Shown in pieces: positions 28,172 through 36,481 of a stretch of 64,000 nt of DNA; positions within the stretch are counted from its first letter, which is position 1, and the number at the start of each line of letters is the position of its first letter. Source of the DNA: an uncultured candidatus Brocadiaceae bacterium (lineage in GTDB: Bacteria > Planctomycetota > Brocadiia > SM23-32). The position numbers were made by a program, and so were the translations under genes. Location: positions 9,422 to 73,421 of the forward strand of contig CAYVBE010000001.1 in assembly GCA_964448935.1 (NCBI GenBank), read 5' to 3'. Below the pieces are notes generated by a model. It saw only the letters and a list, made by a program, of their open reading frames with translations, did no database searches and was not told the origin of the DNA.

Positions 28172-29236
28172 ATGCAGCTCAGGGCCATGAGGCTCCTGTT
28201 CGTCTGCTGTCTGGCGATCGCAGTCGCTTCGTTGCCCGTCCTCGTCGCGGAAGAGGCAGCGGAGCCCGATGAGGACCCGCTGAAGGCATACCGGGAGAAG
28301 GTGGACCGTGCCGTTGACCGCGGACTGCAATTTCTGGTCGAGCGGCAGCGGGAGGACGGTGCTTTCCGGACCGACTGGAACGACAACACCGCCGTCGTCT
28401 CCCTGTGCGTTATGGCTTTCCTTGCCAGGGGCTACACTCCGGGCGTTGGTCCCCACGGAGATGTTATCAACAGAGGCCTTGATTACGTTCTGGGCTGCCA
28501 GAAGGAAAGCGGCATGATCGTGGGCTCAAAGAAGCAGCGCGGGGGCATGTACAGCCACTCCATCTCCACCCTTATGCTCTCCGAGGTCTCCGGCATGGTG
28601 GACATGGAGCGGCAGAAGAAGATTGACGAGGTGCTGCCCGAGGCCCTGCAGGTGATCCTTTCCGCCCAGAAGGTCAACAAAAACCAGCAATATGCGGGCG
28701 GCTGGCGCTACAACTCCAACAGCCGCGACAGCGACATCTCCTGCACCGGCTGGCCGCTTATGGCGTTGCGCTCGGCGCGTAACAACGGCGCCGCCGTTCC
28801 GGAGGACGCCACCAAGAAAGGGTTGGGGTTCGTTTTAAGGTGCCGTAAAGGCGACGGCGGTTTCGCCTACCAGCCCCACCGTAATTCCGGCGTTGCCAGG
28901 ACGGGCACCGCCTTGCTTTGCCTTGAACTGTGCGGGATGCACGAGAGCGAGGAGGCCGTCGGGGCGGCCGAGTACCTGCTTGAACAGCGGCACGACGGCA
29001 AGTGGTTCTATTACGGGGTATACTACTGTGCACAGGGCATGTACCAGATCGGCGGCCGCTACTGGCGGGAATATGGGGTTTCCCTGTTCAAGACTCTTCT
29101 TGAAAGGCAGAATGATGACGGCTCGTGGCCGGCCAACAGAGGCGGCGGCGGGCGTGCAGGCAAGGCGTATTCCACCGCCATGGCCGTGCTGGCGCTCAGT
29201 GTGCCCTACTGCCAGTTGCCCATCTACCAGCGCTAA
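28172..29236 (+). CDS. secreted prenyltransferase/squalene-oxidase repeat protein, paralog 2
   Basis: Signal peptide plus the same repeat architecture as 22729..23790. It is about 75% aa identity to paralog 1, with long stretches of near-identical DNA (for example ...aactccaacagccgcgacagcgacatctcctgcaccggctggcc... and the shared 3' end ccctactgccagttgcccatctaccagcgc). Confidence 0.8.
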   Translation: MQLRAMRLLFVCCLAIAVASLPVLVAEEAAEPDEDPLKAYREKVDRAVDRGLQFLVERQREDGAFRTDWNDNTAVVSLCVMAFLARGYTPGVGPHGDVINRGLDYVLGCQKESGMIVGSKKQRGGMYSHSISTLMLSEVSGMVDMERQKKIDEVLPEALQVILSAQKVNKNQQYAGGWRYNSNSRDSDISCTGWPLMALRSARNNGAAVPEDATKKGLGFVLRCRKGDGGFAYQPHRNSGVARTGTALLCLELCGMHESEEAVGAAEYLLEQRHDGKWFYYGVYYCAQGMYQIGGRYWREYGVSLFKTLLERQNDDGSWPANRGGGGRAGKAYSTAMAVLALSVPYCQLPIYQR

Positions 29237-29261
29237 AGCGCGAGCACTTGAGGAGCGACAC

Positions 29262-30095
29262 ATGCAACCAATGCTGGCTACTATAGCCGTCGAGCCGCGC
29301 CGGTGGGCCAGCCCCCGCCGGCCGGCCATGACGCTGCTTTACCTGTTGCCCCACGTCGCCGAAACCGGCTTCACCGATATCGAGGCCTGGCAGTGGCATG
29401 TCTCCACGCTCAGCGTGGACGGCCTGCACCTGGTCCGCGACCTGGCCGATTCGTTGGGCGTCACAATCTCCACTATCGGCGTCTACCCGAGCTTCCAGAC
29501 CCGCGAGGGCGACGGCGACCTGGAGGAGATGCTGATGATGGTCGAGCGCGCGCAGGTGCTGGGCGCCACGCGGCTGAAGGCGCTCTTCCTGGGTGGGAAG
29601 GGCGCGGAGATGGACGAGGCGGCCTGGGAGCGATTCAATCGGCGACTCGATAAGTGGCACGCCGCCTGCCGAGATGCCGGTATCGAGATACTGGCCGAAC
29701 TCCACGGGGGCACGCCGTTCGATCCGCCCGAAGTGGGGCTGAAGTGGCTGGAGCAGCATCCCGAACTGGACGTGGGCATCTGCTACCAGCCCTATGATTT
29801 TGCCAACACCGGGGCGGCCATCGAGCTGGCCGAGATGTTCGCGGGGCGCATCCGCCACATCCACCTGCAGGCCCACGACCGGGAGGGCGACTTCTGCCGC
29901 CTGGCCGACAGCCCGCTGGATTACGCCGCGGTGCTCGCCGCATTGCTGGAGGCCAACGATTCGACCACCGCGGCCATCGAGTTCGTGCGCAGTTCCATAC
30001 AGGAGGGGCCGGCCTTTGATCTGGGCGCCGCTCTCGCCGATGCCCGTGCCGACGCGGCCTGGGTGCGCGGGGTGGTGGCCGGTCTGGAGGTCTGA
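29262..30095 (+). CDS. sugar phosphate isomerase/epimerase (xylose-isomerase-like TIM barrel)
   Basis: ...RLKALFLGGKG...EILAELHGGTPFD...IRHIHLQAHDREGD pattern of the AP-endonuclease-2/xylose-isomerase-like TIM fold. GAGGAG lies 6 nt upstream of the ATG at 29262. Confidence 0.75.
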   Translation: MQPMLATIAVEPRRWASPRRPAMTLLYLLPHVAETGFTDIEAWQWHVSTLSVDGLHLVRDLADSLGVTISTIGVYPSFQTREGDGDLEEMLMMVERAQVLGATRLKALFLGGKGAEMDEAAWERFNRRLDKWHAACRDAGIEILAELHGGTPFDPPEVGLKWLEQHPELDVGICYQPYDFANTGAAIELAEMFAGRIRHIHLQAHDREGDFCRLADSPLDYAAVLAALLEANDSTTAAIEFVRSSIQEGPAFDLGAALADARADAAWVRGVVAGLEV

Positions 30096-30205
30096 TCGTG
30101 CGCCATTGCTGAGAGCCGTTGCGGCTGCTATAGTACGCGTGGGGTAGCCAGAAACCGGCCGGGGGGCCGGGCCCCGTTCGTCAATCGAAGAAGCGGAGGC
30201 TGCGC

Positions 30206-31111
30206 ATGAAGTACCGTACACTCGGCAAGTCGGGTCTCAAGGTGTCTGTGGTCGGCGTCGGCACGTGGCAGTTCGGCGGTAGCTGGGGCAAGGAGTTCGA
30301 CGAGGAGGAAGCCGGCGCCATGCTGGGCCGCGCCCGCGAGCTCGGGATCAACCTGATAGACACCGCTGCGTGCTACGGTCCCGACCATCGCTCGGAGGAA
30401 CTGATCGGCGGCTTCCTGGAAGGGGAGAACCGGGAGGACTGGATCGTCGCAAGCAAGTTCGGCCATGCGCCCGGTTGGGAGCCCGCCGAGGTGGAGCAGA
30501 CGCTGGAGGACTCGCTGGCCGCGCTGCGGACCGATTACCTCGACCTCTTCCAGTTCCACTCCGGCAACGACGAGGAGTTCGACACGCCCGGCCTGTGGGA
30601 GATGCTCAACGAGAAGGTCGCGGACGGCAAGATCCGCCACCTCGGCATCTCGCTCTCACTGGGCAGCGAGAGCGCCTATCAGACCGAGCAGGCTCCGAAG
30701 GTCGGCGCGTCGGCCATCCAGGTCAACTACAGCCGCCTGCGCCGCGTCGCGGAGGAGGAGATATTGCCCGCCTGCCGCGAGCACGATCTGGGCGTTCTGG
30801 CGCGCACCCCGCTGGCCAGCGGTTTCCTGAGCGGGAAGTACGACGAAGAGGCCGACTTCCCCGAGAGTGACGTGCGCTCCAAGCGCGACCGTGAGGATAT
30901 CCGGCGCACGGTGGCCGAGGTGCAGAGCATCCGCGAGGAGGAAGTGCCCGAGGATGTGGCCATGGCACAATGGGCCCTGGCCTGGTGCCTGACCAATCCG
31001 GCCGTCACCTGCGTGATCCCCGGCTGCAAGACCGTGGGCCAGGTGGAGACCAACGCCGCGGCGGCCGATCTGGACATCGTGCCGGACGACCACCCGCAGG
31101 CGTGCGACTGA
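30206..31111 (+). CDS. aldo/keto reductase
   Basis: MKYRTLGKSGLKVSVVGVGTWQFGGSWG...GINLIDTAACYG...ASKFGH is the AKR signature. Confidence 0.9.
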   Translation: MKYRTLGKSGLKVSVVGVGTWQFGGSWGKEFDEEEAGAMLGRARELGINLIDTAACYGPDHRSEELIGGFLEGENREDWIVASKFGHAPGWEPAEVEQTLEDSLAALRTDYLDLFQFHSGNDEEFDTPGLWEMLNEKVADGKIRHLGISLSLGSESAYQTEQAPKVGASAIQVNYSRLRRVAEEEILPACREHDLGVLARTPLASGFLSGKYDEEADFPESDVRSKRDREDIRRTVAEVQSIREEEVPEDVAMAQWALAWCLTNPAVTCVIPGCKTVGQVETNAAAADLDIVPDDHPQACD

Positions 31112-31116
31112 CGCCG

Positions 31117-32538
31117 CTACTCCCCGGGCAGCAGATCGTCGGGGGCTTCCAGCAGGGCGCGTACCGTCTGCAGGAACTCCGCGGCGGCCACGCCGTCTAT
31201 GATGCGGTGGTCGCAGGCGGCGGTCAGCTTCATCAGCCGGCCCACCTCGACCGAATCGTCCTTCACCACGGCCGCCGGCAGGGCGGACGCGACCGCCAGC
31301 GTGATGGACGAGGGCGGGTTGATGATGGGCTCGAAGTGCTCCACGTCGTACATGCCCAGGTTCGTGACGGTGAAGCCCGGGTGCCGCCGCTGCTCGGCCG
31401 ATAGCTTGCCCGATCGCGCGCGCTCGACCAGCTCCTTTGCGCGAGCCGCAAGGTCTTTGAGCGATAGCTCTGCGGCATCCCGCACGACCGCCACGGTCAG
31501 GCCCTGGTCGGTCTCGATGGCCAGGCCCAGGTTTACGCCTTTCCACTTGATGACCCGCCCCCGGTCGTAGCTGCGGTTCACCTCGGGGTGCTGCTGCAGC
31601 GCCCGGATGCAGGCAAGCATGACCGCGTGGGTGATGGTGGCGCCGTGCCTGTCCTTGAGTTCTTCCTTGCGCTCCATCAGCGCGGTGACGTCCGCCGCGC
31701 GCGTCACGTAGAAGTGGGGTATGGCGTGCTGGGAGCCGATGACGCGGCGGGCCTGGGTCTTCAGGCGGAAGGGCGCATCCTCGAGCTCCGCCTCCTCTTC
31801 GCTGACCTCCAGCGCCGGCATCTCTTCGTCGGGCAGGGGCTGGCGTTCCTCGCGGACGGCCTGCCTGCGCACGCCCACCACGTCGTCCACCGTGACCCTG
31901 CCGCCGGGGCCGGTGCCCTCGATCTCGGCCAGGTCCAGCTCATAGCGGACCGCCAGTGCGGCCGCCAGCGGCTCGGCGTTCACCTTGCCGGAGGGCGCGG
32001 CTGCCGGCGCTTCGGCGGTTTCCCGCGCGGGCGCTTTCCCGCGGGCGGCTTCCTCGATGTCGCGGGCCACGATCCGGCCGTCCGGGCCGGAGCCTTCGAT
32101 GGTGCGATAGTCCACGTCTTTCTCATCGGCCAGCTTCCGGGCGTAGGGGGAGATGGCCACCCGCTCCTCTTCTTCCTCGGGCGCCTTCTCTTCGGCCACC
32201 GCTGGTTCTTCTTCAGGTTCTTCCTCAGGGGTTTCTTTGGGTTCGGGCGGGGCGGTCTCTTCTTCGGGTTCCCGTTCCTCGGCCTCCTCGGCCGGCGCTT
32301 CCTCCCCGGTGTCGATCAGGGCGATCAGCTCTCCGACCGGCACCTCTTCGTCGTCGCCGTGCACGATCTTCTCGATCACGCCGTCGCGGAAGCACTCCAG
32401 CTCCATGACCGCCTTGTCGGACTCGACCTCGGCCAGCACGTCCCCCTGGCTGACTTCCTGCCCCTCCTTGACTTTCCACTCGATAATCTTGCCCACTTCC
32501 ATGCTGTCGGACAGCTTGGGCATCGTGACTTCGTACAC
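31117..32538 (-). CDS. pdhC: dihydrolipoamide acetyltransferase (E2) of pyruvate dehydrogenase complex
   Basis: Lipoyl domain (VLAEVESDKAVMELE), E3-binding domain, and catalytic domain with ...DHRIIDGVAAAEFLQ. Confidence 0.9.
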   Translation of the reverse strand: MYEVTMPKLSDSMEVGKIIEWKVKEGQEVSQGDVLAEVESDKAVMELECFRDGVIEKIVHGDDEEVPVGELIALIDTGEEAPAEEAEEREPEEETAPPEPKETPEEEPEEEPAVAEEKAPEEEEERVAISPYARKLADEKDVDYRTIEGSGPDGRIVARDIEEAARGKAPARETAEAPAAAPSGKVNAEPLAAALAVRYELDLAEIEGTGPGGRVTVDDVVGVRRQAVREERQPLPDEEMPALEVSEEEAELEDAPFRLKTQARRVIGSQHAIPHFYVTRAADVTALMERKEELKDRHGATITHAVMLACIRALQQHPEVNRSYDRGRVIKWKGVNLGLAIETDQGLTVAVVRDAAELSLKDLAARAKELVERARSGKLSAEQRRHPGFTVTNLGMYDVEHFEPIINPPSSITLAVASALPAAVVKDDSVEVGRLMKLTAACDHRIIDGVAAAEFLQTVRALLEAPDDLLPGE

Positions 32539-32557
32539 GGTTTCCCTCCTCGATGTT

Positions 32558-33532
32558 TCAGGCCAGTGTCTTCAGGGCGGCCTCCACCACGTCCGGGGGG
32601 TGGGGTATGCATGCCTGCTCCAGCTCCTTGGCGTAGGGCAGGGGCACGTCCGCCCCGGAGACCCGTTGGATGGGCGCGTCCATCTGGTCGAAGGCCAGCT
32701 CGTAGACGTTCGTGGCCACTTCCGTCCCGATGGCGCACATGGGCGGGCATTCCTCGACCACGACCACGCGGTGCGTCTTCGACGCCGATTCCACCACGGC
32801 GTCCCTGTCCCAGGGCCTGAGGGTCAGCAGGTCGATCACTTCGGCTTCGTAGCCCTCTTCGGCCAGTTGCTCGGCCGCCTCCAGGCACACGCGGGTCATG
32901 CCCCCGTAGCCCACGATGGTTACGTCCCCGCCGCTGCGGGCGATGCGGGCCTGCCCGATCGTGCCCGGGGGCAGATCGTCTTCCACCTCGCCCTCGCTGT
33001 TGTAGAGCCCTTCATGCTCAAGGAAGATCACGGGGTTGTCGTCCCGGATGGATGCTTTCAGCAGGGCCTTCGCGTCGCGGGGCGTGCCGGGATAGACGAC
33101 TTGCAGGCCAGGGGTGTGGACGAAGTGCGCCTCGAGGCTGTGGGAGTGCTGACTTCCGAGCTGGTGGCCGCCCCCGCCGGGCATGCGGATGGTGACGGGG
33201 AGGGTCACCTGGCCGCCGAACATGTAGCGCATCAGCGCCAGGTGGTTGCATATCTGGTCCATGGCGAGGTAGGAGAAGTTGACGGTCATCAGCTCCGGCA
33301 CCGGCCGCAGCTCGCCCATGGCCGCGCCCGTGGCCATGCCCACGATGGCCGCCTCCGAGATGGGCGTGTCCACCACGCGGTCCTCGCCGAACTCGTCCAT
33401 CAGGCCCTTGGTGACCTTGAACGAGCCGCCGTAGAGCCCCACGTCCTCCCCAAGCACGACCACGGAGGAGTCGCGCTCCATCTCCTCCCAAAGCGCCTCG
33501 TTCAGTGCCTTGCGGTAACTTATCTCAGGCAT
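32558..33532 (-). CDS. pdhB: pyruvate dehydrogenase E1 beta subunit
   Basis: SYRKALNEAL...VVVLGEDVGLYGGSFKVTKGLMDEFGEDRVVDTPISEAAIVGMATGAAMGELRPV is the transketolase-like E1 beta. Confidence 0.92.
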   Translation of the reverse strand: MPEISYRKALNEALWEEMERDSSVVVLGEDVGLYGGSFKVTKGLMDEFGEDRVVDTPISEAAIVGMATGAAMGELRPVPELMTVNFSYLAMDQICNHLALMRYMFGGQVTLPVTIRMPGGGGHQLGSQHSHSLEAHFVHTPGLQVVYPGTPRDAKALLKASIRDDNPVIFLEHEGLYNSEGEVEDDLPPGTIGQARIARSGGDVTIVGYGGMTRVCLEAAEQLAEEGYEAEVIDLLTLRPWDRDAVVESASKTHRVVVVEECPPMCAIGTEVATNVYELAFDQMDAPIQRVSGADVPLPYAKELEQACIPHPPDVVEAALKTLA

Positions 33533-33553
33533 TTCTGAGCCTTCCCTCCGCTT

Positions 33554-34519
33554 TCACTCGACGTAAAGGTCCTCGTAAAGCCGCTCCGGGGGCAGTTCCG
33601 AGCCCGATTCGGCGAACTCGATGGCTTCCTCGATCTCCCGCTCCACCCGCTCGTCCACCTCGTCGAACTCCTCCTCACCAACCTCGAAGTCGTGCTTGAT
33701 GGCCTTCTTGATGCCGGGGATGGGATCGCGCTCTTTCCAGTGCTCGATCTCCTCCTCCGAGCGGTAGCCCTTGCCCGGGTCGGACATGGAGTGGCCGCGG
33801 TAACGGTAGCACCGGGCCTCTATGAAGGACGGCCCCTCGCCCGCCCGCGCGGCCTGAATGGCCCGCTGGGCGACGGACTGCATCTTGAAGAAGTCCATGC
33901 CGTCCACCGTGTAGGTGGGCATGTCGTATGCCTTGGCCTTGCGCGCCAGGCTCTCCTTGGCGCTGGAGCGCGGCACGCTGGTGCCGATGGCGTAGCGGTT
34001 GTTCTCGCACACCCACACCACCGGCAGCTTGTAGAGGCTGGCCATATTGAGTGATTCGTGGTACACGCCCTGATTCGTGGCGCCGTCTCCGAAGAAGCAG
34101 AGAACTATCCGGTCCTCCTCCTTCTGCTGGATCGAGTAGCCCAGCCCCACGGCGATGGGGCACATGCCGGCCACGATGGCGTAGCCGCCCAGGAAGTTGA
34201 TGTCCCGGTTGAACAGGTGCATCGAGCCGCCCTTGCCCTTGCAGCAGCCCTCTTTGTGGCCGAACAGCTCGGCCATCACCTCTTTGGTGTCCCCGCCGCG
34301 TATCAGGTAGTAGGCGTGGTCCCGGTAGGAGCCTATCACACAGTCCTCGTCCTTCAGGTGCCACATGGCGCCGACGGCCACGGCCTCCTCGCCCGAGTAG
34401 AGGTGGCAGAACCCGCCCACGTTGCCTTTGGTGTATTGCTCGGCGACGCGGGACTCGAAGGTGCGGGCGAGCTGCATCCGGTAGTACACTTCCATCAGCT
34501 CGGTTTTATTCATGGACAA
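33554..34519 (-). CDS. pdhA: pyruvate dehydrogenase E1 alpha subunit
   Basis: ...GGFCHLYSGEEAVAVGA...GSYRDHAYYL...GKGGSMHLF...YAIVAGMCPIAVG carries the TPP-binding motifs. Confidence 0.92.
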   Translation of the reverse strand: MSMNKTELMEVYYRMQLARTFESRVAEQYTKGNVGGFCHLYSGEEAVAVGAMWHLKDEDCVIGSYRDHAYYLIRGGDTKEVMAELFGHKEGCCKGKGGSMHLFNRDINFLGGYAIVAGMCPIAVGLGYSIQQKEEDRIVLCFFGDGATNQGVYHESLNMASLYKLPVVWVCENNRYAIGTSVPRSSAKESLARKAKAYDMPTYTVDGMDFFKMQSVAQRAIQAARAGEGPSFIEARCYRYRGHSMSDPGKGYRSEEEIEHWKERDPIPGIKKAIKHDFEVGEEEFDEVDERVEREIEEAIEFAESGSELPPERLYEDLYVE

Positions 34520-34906
34520 TCCCCCGTGGAGATGGTTCGCGGGCGTAATCCGTCAGGTGCTGAGTCGGTCCCCCGGTCGGATCAAACCCCCGTCAATCCG
34601 GCCCTGACTCTCTTATAGCACGTCCGGCCCGGCGCGGCAAGCAAACGGTTGCCGCCGTTCCGTCCAGAGGCCCGATAGGGCCGACTCACCGTTAGCCCAG
34701 GGCGTAGCGCGCCAGTACGCGCGCAAGCCCTGGGAGGACGGCAAAAAACAAGACAGAGCCCCCGGACGGGGGCGACTCAGCCGGTCTCGCACTACCCGTT
34801 CTGGGATAGCCTTGAATCGCCCGCTACGCGGGCTCTGGCGTCTTTTCTCGTCTGGTTCCCCAGGGCTCCTCCGCTTCGCGGCATCGCCCTGGGCTACCCC
34901 TGACTC

Positions 34907-34923
34907 GCCCGCCGATGGCGGGC
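34907..34923 (-). terminator. stem-loop immediately 3' of the GH10 gene stop
   Basis: gcccgcc-gat-ggcgggc is a 7-bp GC stem abutting the TGA at 34924-34926 (minus strand). There is no U-tract. Confidence 0.35.
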
Positions 34924-36189
34924 TCAACCGGCAACGGCATTGTCGCTGCCTCGTTTTCGCCCCGCCCGCGTGCCGTCATTCGCCGCCTCGCCGCCCCGCA
35001 GGTCAACCTCCGCCGTGCCGTCGGCTTTGCGCAGATACACCTTCCGGCTCTTCCCGCCGCTCTCCACCAGGTGGCGGCCGTAGAATGCCTCTACCTCGCA
35101 CCGGCCCTCGCTGTCCGCCTTTCCTTCCCGGTCCGTCCACCATTCCTCGAAAACCAGCTCCCGGTAGGCGCGGGCAGCGGGGGTGGGCGTCCAGTCGCGT
35201 TTCCACAACGCTGCCTTGGGCCGCCAGTGGGCGCCTTCCCAGAAACCCCACATCAGAATCCCCGTCACCGCGGGATGGGCGAAGCAGGTGCGGTAAAACG
35301 CTTTGAGCAGGCGCGCTTTGCGCGGCTCGTCGTCGGTGTTGATGTCGAACTCCGTGATGCGGATCGGCAGGTCGAAGCGCGCCAGCCGGTCCAGGCTGCG
35401 CTTCACCTGCCCCATGTTGATGCCGCCGCCGAAATGTCCCTGACAGCCGATGCCGCCCACGGGCGCCCCGGCCTCCAGCAGGGCGGCGATCTGCTTTTCG
35501 TAGGCGTCCAGATGCCCGCCCGAAAGGACGGAGTAGTCGTTGACGTAAAGTGTCGCCTGCGGATTCCCTTCCTGCGCCCACCGGAACATATCGGCGCGAA
35601 TGCGCTGCCCCAGGCGGCGCGCGAAGAAGTTGCCGGCGATCATCTCGTTGTTCACGTCATACTCGCCTATGCGCCCCGCGTAGCGGGCCGTGAGCTCCCG
35701 CGCATGCTGACGGACGGTCTCCCGCAGGGCCTCGTCGTCCAGCTCTTTGACCCAGTTCGGCGTGTACCGTTCCTTGGCCCAGAAGATGCAGTGGCCCCGC
35801 ATGGGGATGCCGTTTGCGTCGCACCATTCCAGGATGCGGTCGGCGGTACCGTAGGAGGCCCGATCGGGATTTTTCCCGACGGCGTACCACTTCAGGGCGT
35901 TCTCGTGGACGGCGGAGTTGAAGTTCTGTTTCAGGACGGACAGGTATTTGGCGCGCACCTCGGGGTTGCGGTCGTCCCGGAATATGCCGCTGGATATGGC
36001 GGTGCCGAACCAGAACTCGTGTGCCTGCTGGGTGACGCGGACGCCGGCGCCGGGTTCCGTGCGGACGGTGATGGTGCCCGTGCGGTGCCGTGGGATGGCA
36101 TCGTCGGGCGCGGCGGCGCAGAAGGCGGCGGGCAGCAGGGGCAGGGCGGCGAGCAGCAGGGCGACGATTACGCTGGTTTGCGCTTGCAT
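34924..36189 (-). CDS. secreted glycoside hydrolase family 10 endo-1,4-beta-xylanase
   Basis: Signal peptide MQAQTSVIVALLLAALPLLPAAFC. GH10 motifs are WDVNNEM (acid/base region) and ITEFDINT (nucleophile region), with ...GIGCQGHF.... Confidence 0.85.
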   Translation of the reverse strand: MQAQTSVIVALLLAALPLLPAAFCAAAPDDAIPRHRTGTITVRTEPGAGVRVTQQAHEFWFGTAISSGIFRDDRNPEVRAKYLSVLKQNFNSAVHENALKWYAVGKNPDRASYGTADRILEWCDANGIPMRGHCIFWAKERYTPNWVKELDDEALRETVRQHARELTARYAGRIGEYDVNNEMIAGNFFARRLGQRIRADMFRWAQEGNPQATLYVNDYSVLSGGHLDAYEKQIAALLEAGAPVGGIGCQGHFGGGINMGQVKRSLDRLARFDLPIRITEFDINTDDEPRKARLLKAFYRTCFAHPAVTGILMWGFWEGAHWRPKAALWKRDWTPTPAARAYRELVFEEWWTDREGKADSEGRCEVEAFYGRHLVESGGKSRKVYLRKADGTAEVDLRGGEAANDGTRAGRKRGSDNAVAG

Positions 36190-36325
36190 CGAGGGCCAAC
36201 TCCGTTTAGTGTCTTGTGCGGGATCGAGCCACTTCGGTAAACGTTAACCGGATTCTGCGGGAATGCAACGCGCTCCGGAGGGGCGCTGATGTGATTTCCG
36301 CACGAGCGTGCTGCGAGAACAGCAC

Positions 36326-36354
36326 TTGCACGCACCGCAAGGCTCTGCTAAAAT
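36326..36354 (+). promoter_or_regulatory. near-consensus sigma70 promoter upstream of the giant secreted-protein gene
   Basis: TTGCAC (36326-31), a 17-nt spacer, then TAAAAT (36349-54). It leaves a roughly 125-nt leader before AAGGGAG-tt-ATGATG at 36482/36485. Confidence 0.5.
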
Positions 36355-36481
36355 CGGCGCGAACAAAACCGGGATTCAGGACCACTAAGTCCTGTGAAGA
36401 TTGCCTGAGAAGAGGTGTGCCATCCGCAAGCGACCGTCGGTCATCGCTCGCATGTGCCATACAAAGCGCAGAAAGGGAGTT

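Noticed and set aside
32153-36240. Plus-strand ORFs of 461 and 441 aa overlapping pdhB/pdhA and the GH10 gene
   Set aside because: The opposite-strand genes have unambiguous PDH and GH10 motifs. These are GC artefacts.
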